Made by a program: the position numbers and the translations under genes. This document shows, piece after piece, positions 1 to 10,460 of a stretch of 64,000 nt of DNA. A model generated the notes under the pieces. It worked only from the letters and a program-made list of their open reading frames with translations. It did no database searches and was not told the DNA's origin. Origin of the DNA: Dudresnaya verticillata (Eukaryota). The DNA lies in NCBI GenBank assembly GCA_977862235.1, contig OZ374558.1, positions 2,356,001-2,420,000 of the forward strand, read 5' to 3'. Position 1 is the first letter of the stretch. Every line of letters starts with the position of its first letter.

Positions 1-337
1 GAACGAGGCCAAAACGTTTGATCCATCATTGGATGCTGTTGCCAATGTGCAGCATTCCCAAATTCAGTAACAGTCAGTAGCGACTGTGTTCACATATGGT
101 TGTCACTTAACGTGTCATGCCAGCAACGGATTTGCGCATTGTTCGTACGCGTCGGGGGCGTCGGTAACCAGAAGGGGCTGCGATAGCGCTTGCTGCGAAG
201 AGCACTGGTCAGGCGGCTCGCAACGGTACTATGCTTTCTCTGCTTTCTATGCCTTGACGGTAGTGTGATTGCGGCGCGATTGACTGGCGACGACTGGCGC
301 AGTGCGTGGCGACTAAAATGGTGGCATTTCCGTAGCA

Positions 338-377
338 ACATGGCACAGGAGGAGGAGACCTTTATTACATGGCACAG
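338..377 (-). mobile_element. 18-nt 5'-truncated non-LTR micro-insertion (349-366) with 11-bp TSD ACATGGCACAG
   Basis: ACATGGCACAG occurs at 338-348 and 367-377 around GAGGAGGAGACCTTTATT. The insert matches the terminus of the RLE element at 1349 (GAGATGGAGACCTTTATG). Paralogous sites at ~16,791, ~55,560 and ~62,665 are empty. Confidence 0.75.
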
Positions 378-849
378 CGACAGTCAGCGTCATGGATGAA
401 CACATTCGCGTTGCACGCGTTGCTGCGAGCAAAGCTGCTCGTATTAGGTTGCCAACAGCAGTAGAAAATGGAAACGGATCCGTTCTACTTCCGTTTATCT
501 GCGTTGAACAATTGTACACATATGGTAAACACGGCCTTCACAGTTCGACGAAGCGTGCAATTAGAGCTGTACGCATTGTTCGTGATGCGCAAAGCGATGA
601 AAGCTCCGTTTGTGCAGGTTCTGTTACAGTCGCTCGATGCAACCAGCCAGCGGACGTAGAAATGTAATCGGACATGGCGATTAACGGTGCGCCGTCAGCT
701 GCTGGCGTCGTCAGCTGCGTCGTCAGCTCTGCCATCAACTGCACCATTAGCTGCGCCGTCAGCTGTTCCATCAGCTGCGCCGTCATTTGCGCCTTGAATG
801 CTTGTAACACGCTGTAGAGCCTTCCGTTTCCTGTGCAAACTTACCGGAG

Positions 850-910
850 CGACGACGGAACGACGACGGGACGACGACGGGACGACGACGGGACGACGAC
901 GGGACGACGA
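850..910. repeat. GC-rich minisatellite, 11-bp unit GGGACGACGAC (~5-6 copies)
   Basis: Directly visible tandem repeat. Confidence 0.9.
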
Positions 911-1401
911 AGGTACCATGGCGGTACCATGACGGGACCATAACGGGACAATGACGGGAACACGACGGTACGGCGCCGGTACCAGATACTCAAAGCGTTG
1001 ATGTGCCACTGTGTGCAAGAACTGAAGCAATCCCGTAGTAACTTAGAAACCCCTTGCACCACCGGACTCGCAGCTGGCTTGCTTCCGGCTTTTCCAGAAT
1101 TGTCGGGCGTCCCGGCGAGCTCGTTGCCTCTTGTACGCGATCGCTCGCGCGCACTGCCACACCGATCCCTTCCGCGCCTTCGATGTATCCTCAGCGCTTC
1201 GCACTATGCATCTGAGCACCATGGATCCCAGAGTTCTGTCCCTTTGCGTACTGCGCCGGTTCCGCACTCTCGCAGAGAACTTTTCCGCAGCAGCGCCATC
1301 CTTCCCCTCCGTTGGTCCATGTGCCGGCCCTGGCAAAGCAGCTATGAAGAGATGGAGACCTTTATGCATAGGAAAGACTACAGCCCCGTAAGGGGGCTTA
1401 T

Positions 1402-4400
1402 CTAAAACTCATCTGAAAGGCGACGGTCGAAGAGTAAACGGCGGTTAACAGCCACCGCGACAGATTGAAGTACAAGAGAGGTGAGGTGGGTGAGAAGAGA
1501 TAGTTTCTCAGATATCGGCGAGGTGCCCTTCATAGCAGCTAAGAAATTCGCCACGCGCTGAGCGCCTCGATCGAACCCAGAACCAATGGCACCATAGATG
1601 TCCATCACCATAGGATGGAGTTCTATCCGGTTGGTAGAACATAAGCGACGATAATGACGGGCTTTAGCTTGCTCGCGGCGGTGAATAGCTTGATGTTGAG
1701 AGCGAGGCGTTTTGGACTGTGTAGTTGGATGGTGTGGGGTCACCACGGAGACGTCAAATGCTTGCGGGAGGGGAGCAAACGCAGGGTCATCAATATAGAG
1801 ATCCATACGAAGATGGTCACGTCGGTCTTCTTCGAAACGGTCTTCAGTACGTTGTAATTGACGGGCATCGCGACGCCTTTCTGAAGCAGTGCGTGCAGAA
1901 GACGCCATACCTCGGGAATCCCCAGTCTCCTCTAGGTAGGAAAAGTTGCGTTCAAGCTGAACAGTAACGCCATGGTTCCGAGCAGTATTACGAAAGAAAG
2001 CCCCAAGTTGATTTCGGAGGGTATCATGGCGGCGAATGCTGCCAGTTCCCGACCGACAGATTGTGGCATGGTGTCCAAAGATATCAAGGAGTGGAACTTC
2101 AGCGGATGTGCCATGGAGACAAGCAGGACAAGGGCGATCACCACGGAAGATCGCCACACCCAGTCTGAGTTTGAGCATGGTGAGCCATATGTCGGGTTGC
2201 ACGCGGGTAGAAGAAGATGCATATGGGAGGGCACTGAAAGGGCGGCTAGAGTTGGCAGTAGAGGTAGATTGAATCCGTACTCGGGCACGAGAGCTATGCT
2301 GAGTAGTCATGTGGGACATGACGTCGTTTCGCAATTTTCGTTGAATATAGGGAAGAAGATCTTGGGACAATGCGGGAACGACACCATGACCTATGGAAGA
2401 TGCGGCCGACAAGATAGAAGAAACACTGCATTTTTCACGATCTTCATGGAGTAGTTGCTGTTCGCGAATGTTGTGAAGAGACGGGGCGAGGAAGTGGTGC
2501 AAAGTAGGAGAATCAAAAGGTACCAGGCATCGAATCCAGGCGAGAGAGGACAGAACGGAGGTGATATAGCTGCAGTGGGCAATGTGACTGGCATTTGTAA
2601 GACCTAGTCCACCGTGTCGCATGGGAAGCGAAACCATATCCCAGGACTCATCCGACAGTGGAAAGTGTGTGTGCTCAAACACTCCACGCATGCCACAGTC
2701 ATGTGTTAATGAAATGGCTTGGGTTAGTTGCGGGGAAGTGCATCGCAGTAGGTATGAAAGCTTGGAAGTTCCAGCACAGTACCGTAATAAATGAAAAACG
2801 AGTTGAGGATCATTAAGCTGCTTCAGTTGGGCCCAGAAATATTGGATGGGCTCATGCTTAGTTCTTAGAGGTCGTAAACAGCCCTCAGTACTGCCAATAG
2901 GGGCGCACAGAACTGTGATAAAAGAATGATTGTTGATAGGACAACCTAGGGAGGTGGAACGAGAAACACGACGGGACGATAAAGAAGGCCACCAAGCTTC
3001 TGTTTTCCCCACTGCTATGTGCAGATTGAAACCAATTTTGGGGCCTTGGGTCTTTAGAAACTGGATAAAATCGAAAGCAATAGAACGCGGAACAGGAACA
3101 TGAATGTCATCAGCATATGCAGCAAGAAGTTTGATGGAGGCGAACGTAGAGAGCATGTTGATGAGCAGGGGATGAATCGCGAGAGCAAAAAGTAGCATGC
3201 TCAACGGATCACCCTGCTGTGTACCTGTCCGACTGAACAACTGAAACTGACCAAATAGAAGAACGGGTTCAGTCGAGAAAAGGAAATGCACAAACTTTGC
3301 AATGCCAGGAGCTCTTTCGATAACTTCACTGACAATAATAGAACGCTCAACACAGTTAAAAGCGATGGTGGCATCAAGCTTAAGAAGGACATAGTCTTGC
3401 TCAGTATTAGACTCCACGAAAGAACGTATGGCGTGAATAATAGATTCGGCTCCATGAGGGATTCCCACTGCAAACTGATGAGGAAGAAGGTATTCACGAA
3501 TAGTATTGTCCTGGGCAATCTTCTTCATCAACAGGCGGGCAACGAAACGACGAAGGATGCCACCAATGGCAATAGGACGAAGCTTAGAAACACACGATGG
3601 GTGCTTCGGAAGACCCAGAAGCAAGGCACCCCCAAACCAAGCACTGTAGCGAGGAGGTAAAGAGCCCGTAGCACTTTTGTTGACAAAGGCGGTCAGAGCC
3701 ACGATTGCAGAGTGGGATGGCTCCGAACCACCCGGGGCATGCGTTAACGCCTTAAGATGAAGCGGACGGAGACCCTCCGGGCCAGGTGAGCTGTGTACTG
3801 GAAGGCTTCTAAGAGCCCGTCTTACATCCGCCTCGTTGAAGGTATATGCAGCTGGGAGTGATTGTGGCAAGAGGGGTTTAACTGCAATTTCCGGACGCGG
3901 GTGAAGCGATTCCATGACCGTCTTGGTATTGGGATTAGCAATAACAGTAGAAGTAGTAGAGCACAAAAGGCGCGCAGCCTTACTGATGGCCCCCTCGGCC
4001 ATAAACCGACGGCATTGGCGGAAAGGATCAACTGTAGGTTGGCAAGAAGTATTGGGAAGCGAGGGAAAGGCACTGGAGGCTTGCTCCCAAAGGTCATTCC
4101 ATTGCCCGCGAATTGCCAGTTGAATGCGGTCACGCAAACGGCGAATCAGTGCAGCCTTATTGCCGTTTCTGGGTTCTCCGCGTCCATTAAACCGTAGCAC
4201 GAGCTTTGCCACAGCACAAATACGAGCGAAGCGTTCTTCTTTTTCAGTATATGTAGAAGCGACTGCGAATCGGTTAAAAAGATGGAAGCATAAAGCGTGC
4301 CAGTCCGCACGAAGACAATTTGGAATATATTTGACGGTGGGGATACGAAGTGCAAAGACGATGTCCGGACGAGGGCATTTTTGAAAGAGGGTTGTTGTTT

Positions 4401-4407
4401 CTTCCAT
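1402..4407 (-). CDS. Non-LTR ORF2: reverse transcriptase, CCHC zinc motif and restriction-like endonuclease
   Basis: RT motifs LRPIAIG, HQFAVG, KLDATIAFN, GTQQGDPLS and AYADDI. C-terminal CPAC..DIFGHHATIC..RRHD, RMDLYI..FDVSV and REQAKARHY are typical of RLE elements. Confidence 0.93.
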   Translation of the reverse strand: MEETTTLFQKCPRPDIVFALRIPTVKYIPNCLRADWHALCFHLFNRFAVASTYTEKEERFARICAVAKLVLRFNGRGEPRNGNKAALIRRLRDRIQLAIRGQWNDLWEQASSAFPSLPNTSCQPTVDPFRQCRRFMAEGAISKAARLLCSTTSTVIANPNTKTVMESLHPRPEIAVKPLLPQSLPAAYTFNEADVRRALRSLPVHSSPGPEGLRPLHLKALTHAPGGSEPSHSAIVALTAFVNKSATGSLPPRYSAWFGGALLLGLPKHPSCVSKLRPIAIGGILRRFVARLLMKKIAQDNTIREYLLPHQFAVGIPHGAESIIHAIRSFVESNTEQDYVLLKLDATIAFNCVERSIIVSEVIERAPGIAKFVHFLFSTEPVLLFGQFQLFSRTGTQQGDPLSMLLFALAIHPLLINMLSTFASIKLLAAYADDIHVPVPRSIAFDFIQFLKTQGPKIGFNLHIAVGKTEAWWPSLSSRRVSRSTSLGCPINNHSFITVLCAPIGSTEGCLRPLRTKHEPIQYFWAQLKQLNDPQLVFHLLRYCAGTSKLSYLLRCTSPQLTQAISLTHDCGMRGVFEHTHFPLSDESWDMVSLPMRHGGLGLTNASHIAHCSYITSVLSSLAWIRCLVPFDSPTLHHFLAPSLHNIREQQLLHEDREKCSVSSILSAASSIGHGVVPALSQDLLPYIQRKLRNDVMSHMTTQHSSRARVRIQSTSTANSSRPFSALPYASSSTRVQPDIWLTMLKLRLGVAIFRGDRPCPACLHGTSAEVPLLDIFGHHATICRSGTGSIRRHDTLRNQLGAFFRNTARNHGVTVQLERNFSYLEETGDSRGMASSARTASERRRDARQLQRTEDRFEEDRRDHLRMDLYIDDPAFAPLPQAFDVSVVTPHHPTTQSKTPRSQHQAIHRREQAKARHYRRLCSTNRIELHPMVMDIYGAIGSGFDRGAQRVANFLAAMKGTSPISEKLSLLTHLTSLVLQSVAVAVNRRLLFDRRLSDEF

Positions 4408-5420
4408 TACTCAGCCGCAGACATCGCAGTGTCGGTTGCATCTGGGCACAAAGCCGACGGAGGAGCGGGCGGATTGGAATCAAGAACAGTGGTCCACCCA
4501 TCAGAATCGGGTCGAGAATAACGGGGATACACACGCGATGGTCAGGAAGAAGCAGCGCCCGCCAGAGGTTCGGTAAGACTCGGTAGCGTGCGCCCGAGTG
4601 AAGTCATTCGTTCTTCTAATGCTTCATACTCTGAGCGCAGTGCCAGAGAAAAGTATTTTCGAGGCGCCAAGGTACAGCTTGTAGAGTCGAGATGATTGAT
4701 CTCATTTCGTAGCGGTCGCGCAATTGTATTGATATCTTCACTCGACGTCAATACATTCTTGAGAGCGATTGGTGGTGAAAAGGTCAGATGGGGGGCATCG
4801 AAGTTGTCCGATTATTTTGCCAGAGCAGTAAACAAATTGTACGCAGCTTCTGTGTAGGTGAGATCACGTAGCGAAGCACAGACATAGAACACGGTGAGGT
4901 CTTCAGAGCGGACGATAGGACATGAGCCAGGGAAACCACCTTGCTTGAGCGCTTTGCGGAATTCAGCAGGCGAAGCAAGCGGGGGAGCGCTAGTGGCAGT
5001 ACGGACCGCAATAAAGCGCTTTTGATCCCCACCGAACAAGACGCGGTTCGTACGGCGAACAGAACCTGCGAATTTTCGAGACAGCGGTGTTGTACCAGCA
5101 TTGGAATGCTCCACGAGGCCCTTGCGACCCAATACTGGAAGCTGATGAACCGGTTTAGGGGCGGGACCAGTTGTCGTAGCCGCTGAATACGAAGGTCTCG
5201 GCGGGGTTGAAGGAGAGGATGAAGGTTTCGCAGAAACAGCAGAGTCAGCAGAGAAGTGTGAAAAGATGCGAAGCAGGGACTGAAAGTGGGGGTTGCGCTC
5301 GAACGTGGGTAGGAGCGCCTTCACACGAGGCAGGTCGGCCAGAGTGGAGAGGAAGGTGTCCACAGCGGTAGGATTTTGAAGGTCAACGACCTTGTCCAAT
5401 AGTGCAGCAGAGGTAGCCAT
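4407..5420 (-). pseudogene. Non-LTR ORF1 (unknown function) with two in-frame stops
   Basis: One frame runs from ATG 5420 (MATSAALL..) through TAA 4812-4814 and TGA 4542-4544 to TAA 4407-4409, which overlaps the ORF2 ATG (TAATG). Confidence 0.65.
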
Positions 5421-7439
5421 GAAATCGACGGTAGCGTGGGTCAAAGCAACAAACGCGTCTTGGTGTACGTCCTGGGTAGAGCGTTTGGCCTGATTGGACG
5501 GCGAGATATTGGGAAAAGATAGAGGGTAACACAGCACTGCGAGATGGAGTCGAACCGGAGTGGAAGCAGCGCCAAGCGTGAAGACGGAACACAAAGGAGT
5601 AGCACGAACTCGAACAGCAAGTTCTCCCCCCGAAGCGCGCGGGAAGAATACGCCGGCGACGGCAGCGAAAAGCGGTGCACTAACGCGCGGCAGGGCGGGG
5701 AAGAGGTAGAAACAAAGCACGGAAAGATTGAGGCCAGAATGCAGAAACAAGGGCTCAATAAGCAGAGCAGGGGAAAGAGGAAGAGTCAGAAGGCAGCAGC
5801 TATGAAAGAACTCCTGCTCTGCCGTGTCTCGCAGACACTACCGCCACAATGGCACAACTGCTCTTCACGTGCTGTTACTTGATTGTGTTGCTCCAACATA
5901 CGGTCTGTGTGGCCTGCACTTTATGGATTATGGCCAGCTGCTTCAACATTGCACCGCGCTCCACTTGATCTCAACTGAACTGTCTGTACTGCCTGTTCTG
6001 TCTTGATACTGCCCACCTCGTGCGCATCACTTTCAATGCCTCCTGATTTATGCATGCCCGAGTCTGCGAGGCAGCGTAGAGGCCACTTGTCGAAAAGCTT
6101 CCCGCACAACGACGGTGACTCCATGGCTGCCGCGGTTGTCGCCGCGCTGCTGGTGCCCACGCGCTCATCCCGCCTCCCGCTTGACGTAGGTCAATCGTGC
6201 GAGCTGGGGCAGATCGCGCGAGTTGGGGCGGGTTCGGGTGACTAGAGCGTCGCTTCGACAGTTTGAGAGTGTGGAGTACGTTGACCCAACATACGTCAAG
6301 TTTGTTTTGATTTTCTGCTTGTTTTAAGCCCATATTCTCGTTTTGTGATGGTTATCTACAGGTTACTCAAAAGACGGGCCACATTACCTTCCTCTCCAAA
6401 GAACGAGGCAGTTGACTTATCAAATAACCAGAAACACCCCCCGCCGAGGAGTGCCCTACTGGAGGCGATCTAAGGGAAAACTACACGTGTCGGAAGTTGC
6501 CACCCAAAAAGGGCTCGTTTTTGCACATTTATGCGCTCCCCAGAATCTCAAAACGCTCCCCGGTGCTACAACTACAACCACCGCTTTACAACATGCGCCT
6601 GCCCAACACTTAGGGCATGTGAAGCCCGAGGTAGGCTGGCACATTCGCATCGTCTAGGCGAAATGACCCCTTCTTATTCTACCTCTCCCGAATAGCCGAG
6701 AAGGTGTTGAACAGAAGGGCTGTTTCGGAAGGCCATGGCACGAAATCAGCAGCCATCTGTAGATAGCGGAGCAGCCGGAATGTAGCAAACGTTTCTGGAC
6801 TGAAAGAAAATAGTATTCTCACTGCCACCAGCACGCGGTACTGACAGTGCGGTAGGTACCTGAGGCTGTCGGAAATAGCGGACCGGGCGGCCAAACGCCC
6901 GCAAAGTACAGCCTGAGAGGTTGCGATACGGTTACCCTTACGAGAGCGGCAGAAGGACGTAGAGAATGCGTCGTAAACACGAAGCAGATTCACCTCCGCT
7001 TCCGGGCGGAGTAACCTCTCTCACTCTCCGCCCACAACGGTCCTTTATGCCAATTACAGAATGATATTGGGCGTAAAGCACGAAGCAGTGTCATTGGCTG
7101 GCCGATTCCACTTGTCGCATGCGTACGGGACAGACTATCCATTCGCGTGGAAGAGGGGAAACTCGGCCCACCGACGACACCCGCTCTTGACGGTGGCGCG
7201 ATCTCTGATGCTGCCGCATCACAACCAGGCGGTGCCTTATTGGGATCACCGGTACATATTTGTTTCGCAGAGCAAGCTTCGTTCAACCTCGTCTACGACG
7301 GAATTGAGAGGCCATCACAGCTAAGCGTTTCGTACATACTTCCGCATTCAAGTGCAACTGCTCCCGGGGACTCCCACAGATTGTTCTCAGGACTGCATAA
7401 GGGCCCGCGATACACCCGCAGACACAACTTAATTCTCAG

Positions 7440-8648
7440 ATGGACTGGGCGTACGGCCCACCCCCGGATCCCACGCCACTGTCCATTCGACAAGGTCTTT
7501 CAGTGGCTCGGCTACCACCCTACTCGGCTCTCCTTTCTGTTGGGTCATATCGCCCGGCTCCGCTCCAGACTGTTGTGCCTTCTGTCTTCAATTACTCACC
7601 GCTAGGATCTGGGCAGGGTAATATCAACCCCATGGAACAGGCAGCACCGCTCCTGTTTCAGGGAATGCCGATACTTCGTCCAATTCCCGCACCTCACACG
7701 TCTATTGTATCGCCCTTCACTCCAAATCAAGTGGAACGGCGAACTATTGCTGCATCAAACCCGATTTCACCGCATTCTCCGTCACCTGGAGTGCTGATTC
7801 CATCAATCGGCGGAAAGAGATCAACCTTGTGCCGTATGCAACCGACAGGCCCGAAGCCACATATCTGCGGCAATGGTGAAAGCCATTTGCTGCCCTTTTT
7901 GCACCGTCAGACGTGTCCGGTGGGGTGGGTGCATGGCAACTTCGACACTGTCCCGATTTCGACGTTGCAGAGACATGCACATACGCAACGGAGTGCATTG
8001 GGCTCGCGTATGCTACAACTTCCTACTATGGAGCCGGAACCATACAGTATTGTCAAGCTTTCAACACTCGTCAAATGCCGAAGCGTGGGTTCCGTTGACA
8101 ACAGGGCCTGGAAGCCAAACCCGCTATTCAACATCCCACACGAGCCCGGTTCATCAAGATGCCCCTTCGTTGCGCCACCCGAAACTCCAATGGAGAAGAT
8201 ACGAGAGAAGAACTTGAGAACATCTGACTCTCGTTCTAGTCAGATAAGTAGCCCTGAAGACCCGAAGGCTCCCATGACGGACCTGGACCAATATGAGTTG
8301 CATTCTCGTCCCAAATCAAACGATTCCCGTGATCTCACCGCCACGGAAAACGCGGAGGACCTTTTTCGTGTACCCGAATCTATCCAGAGAGACGAACACA
8401 CCAAGCGTTTCCCGTGTGCCTACATTCCGTGCAGGGCTACATTCGGAACCAGGGGTGATATGAAGCGCCATTTTGAAAGCATCCACAAGAAGCATCGCAG
8501 GTTTGGTTGCCCATACTGTTCATTGGTCACCACCAGGGCTTCTGTATTGAAGAAGCATCACCATAGGAAACACAGATACAAACCCTATAACGGACCAGCC
8601 GAAAAAAGAGCCCCCGGGACCGCAGCGATTAATAACAATGCGGGCTAG
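7440..8648 (+). CDS. C2H2 zinc-finger protein (two C-terminal fingers, Pro/Ser-rich N-terminus)
   Basis: Fingers FPCAYIPCRATFGTRGDMKRHFESIH and FGCPYCSLVTTRASVLKKHHHRKH. Start uncertain; the in-frame Met at 7632 is shared with the other copy. Confidence 0.8.
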   Translation: MDWAYGPPPDPTPLSIRQGLSVARLPPYSALLSVGSYRPAPLQTVVPSVFNYSPLGSGQGNINPMEQAAPLLFQGMPILRPIPAPHTSIVSPFTPNQVERRTIAASNPISPHSPSPGVLIPSIGGKRSTLCRMQPTGPKPHICGNGESHLLPFLHRQTCPVGWVHGNFDTVPISTLQRHAHTQRSALGSRMLQLPTMEPEPYSIVKLSTLVKCRSVGSVDNRAWKPNPLFNIPHEPGSSRCPFVAPPETPMEKIREKNLRTSDSRSSQISSPEDPKAPMTDLDQYELHSRPKSNDSRDLTATENAEDLFRVPESIQRDEHTKRFPCAYIPCRATFGTRGDMKRHFESIHKKHRRFGCPYCSLVTTRASVLKKHHHRKHRYKPYNGPAEKRAPGTAAINNNAG

Positions 8649-9516
8649 TAGCTGGCGGTGTATTGTGTTTCGTGGCGCAGGTGCAGATTGTTGATAACGG
8701 AGAGACGCAGCGTCCTCGTCAGGAATCCTTTACTTATCATTCCTGTTCCGAATGCCCGCCATACGTTCTGGACTTTAAAGTTCACGAAGCGATAGAATTT
8801 CTTCCCACTGTCGTTGTATGTTGTGAGTGAATCACCGATAGCATCTTAGTTGATAAAGTGCCTTTGCGTTTACGTTGCATAAAGGAGATGAACACGCTCT
8901 GTTGACCACTGTTGTTCTTCAATACGTAGCGGTCGCGGTCAATCTCCGCAGGCTCGTTGACTGCAGAGCACGTTATGCCAGAAATTAAGCCCCCAAAGGG
9001 ACTCCAGCTTTCTTCTTTGAATAAAGTGTACTACTACTAGTGCTTATCGCACGATTCAAGAGCACGTGCTCTTTTTGTCGCCGTCTGAAAATCTCGAAGG
9101 ATTGAGGAAGTAAGGATATAGATCGGGAGGTAGACGGCCACACAGCGAGAAGGCGGTTGAGCCAGTGGTGTAGACAGCGAGGAGACTTTAAGAAAGTTTT
9201 CACCAGAGCACGGGCAGGGAATCACGCGCTCCGGAAATTGGGAAGGCTGCGCGCGGCGAAGAGAGGCCACGAGGCTACCGTGTAGATCACGGCCATGGTG
9301 GGCGCTGGCGCGACTCGGACGAGAATATGAGGTCGACGAAGGTGGTAGAGGGACTTGTGGGCTGAGGAGGGATCACGGCCAGGATGGAGGTGGCAGGTGC
9401 GATTGCCGCTCAGCGTCGCTCCGCGCTCTGTACGAAATATCTGGGATCAAATTGCGCATGGCCAATCGGCGATGAGAATGAGGCCTGCTGGCCCCCGCCT
9501 TCCCCCACACCCGGGC

Positions 9517-9760
9517 GACTATTCGCTGATGACTGCATCTGACACGTCAACTCGGCCCATACTCTCCGTACTGCCCTCCAAGTTTGCCAAGACTGGGCTC
9601 AACGCAACGGAATGACCTGGTCTATCCGTAAATGTGCTGTGATCTTACCAAGTCGCCACCGCGGCCGCGCAAGTTCCACAGTTTTTCGACTGGCAGGGCA
9701 AACACTCCGGCATCAATCCGCAACGAGATATCTAGGTGATATCTGATATATATTGATATA
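9517..9760 (+). pseudogene. Degenerate non-LTR reverse transcriptase fragment
   Basis: Fragmentary motifs LFADDCI, DWAQRNGMTWSIRKCAVI and RYLG, broken by stops and frameshifts. Mirrored at ~57,630-57,870. Confidence 0.65.
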
Positions 9761-10088
9761 TCCCCCACCGGGATTGAAGGGGCTACAATCCTTTCACGTC
9801 TCACACTTCCCCCCCCCTCCCCTCCCCCCAAACCCAAGAAGGTTTTGCACTACCTCAAATTCAGATTCCTCAGCGAAAATGACACCGAAAGCTGAAGCAC
9901 TCCAAAATGCAAGAGACTCACCTGGAATGACCCTCGAAACTACCCAGTGCTCGTTCATGTTCAACTGGCATGTCTCCAATCCAATCTTCACAACATGCGC
10001 CTTCCCAACACTTAGGACATGTGAAGCCCGAGGTAGGCTGGAACATCCGTATCGTCTAGGCGAGATGTCCTCTTTTTCTGCGTCTCCC

Positions 10089-10358
10089 TGTTGGCACAAT
10101 GATGTTCAATGTGACACGAACTTATCACGGTCAACATGCACCACAACAATGCAGTTTACCTGACAATGACAGAAGTGCAGAAACTCTCCGGCCCTGCTCT
10201 TCAGGAGACTCCCCCGGAATTATCACCCGGAGAGGACTCTCCTGCCGTGCAAGCAAAGGTTCGAAAATGTAGTAGTAGGACTTTGCTTACCGTATAAAGA
10301 CCAGCCATAAACAGGGAGTAGCCCAGACTGGTTGGCACATCAACACACAAATCTAACA
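10089..10358 (+). repeat. copia 5' LTR (270 bp)
   Basis: TGTTGG...CTAACA; matches the 3' LTR apart from a 3-bp AGT indel (by eye). Confidence 0.95.
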
Positions 10359-10372
10359 GGTTATGGGGTTCT
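10359..10372 (+). promoter_or_regulatory. Primer binding site, GGTTATG type (half tRNA-iMet priming)
   Basis: GGTTATGGGGTTC directly after the LTR, resembling the copia/Ty5 GGTTATG PBS. Confidence 0.7.
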
Positions 10373-10460
10373 AGTACGCGCAATTCTATCTGCGCTTGAC
10401 GTCCCGTCTATCGTTTCGTAGCAACTCGTCGTTTCGTTTTTTCGTCAGTCTTCCCACAAC

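Larger units (their letters stand above)
1349..5794 (-). mobile_element. Full-length non-LTR retrotransposon of the RLE group (CRE-like), 12-bp TSD AGCAGCTATGAA
   Basis: TSD at 1337-1348 and 5795-5806. Empty site with a single copy in the right arm (~61,581-61,592). Contains an RT + RLE ORF and an upstream ORF1. Confidence 0.93.
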
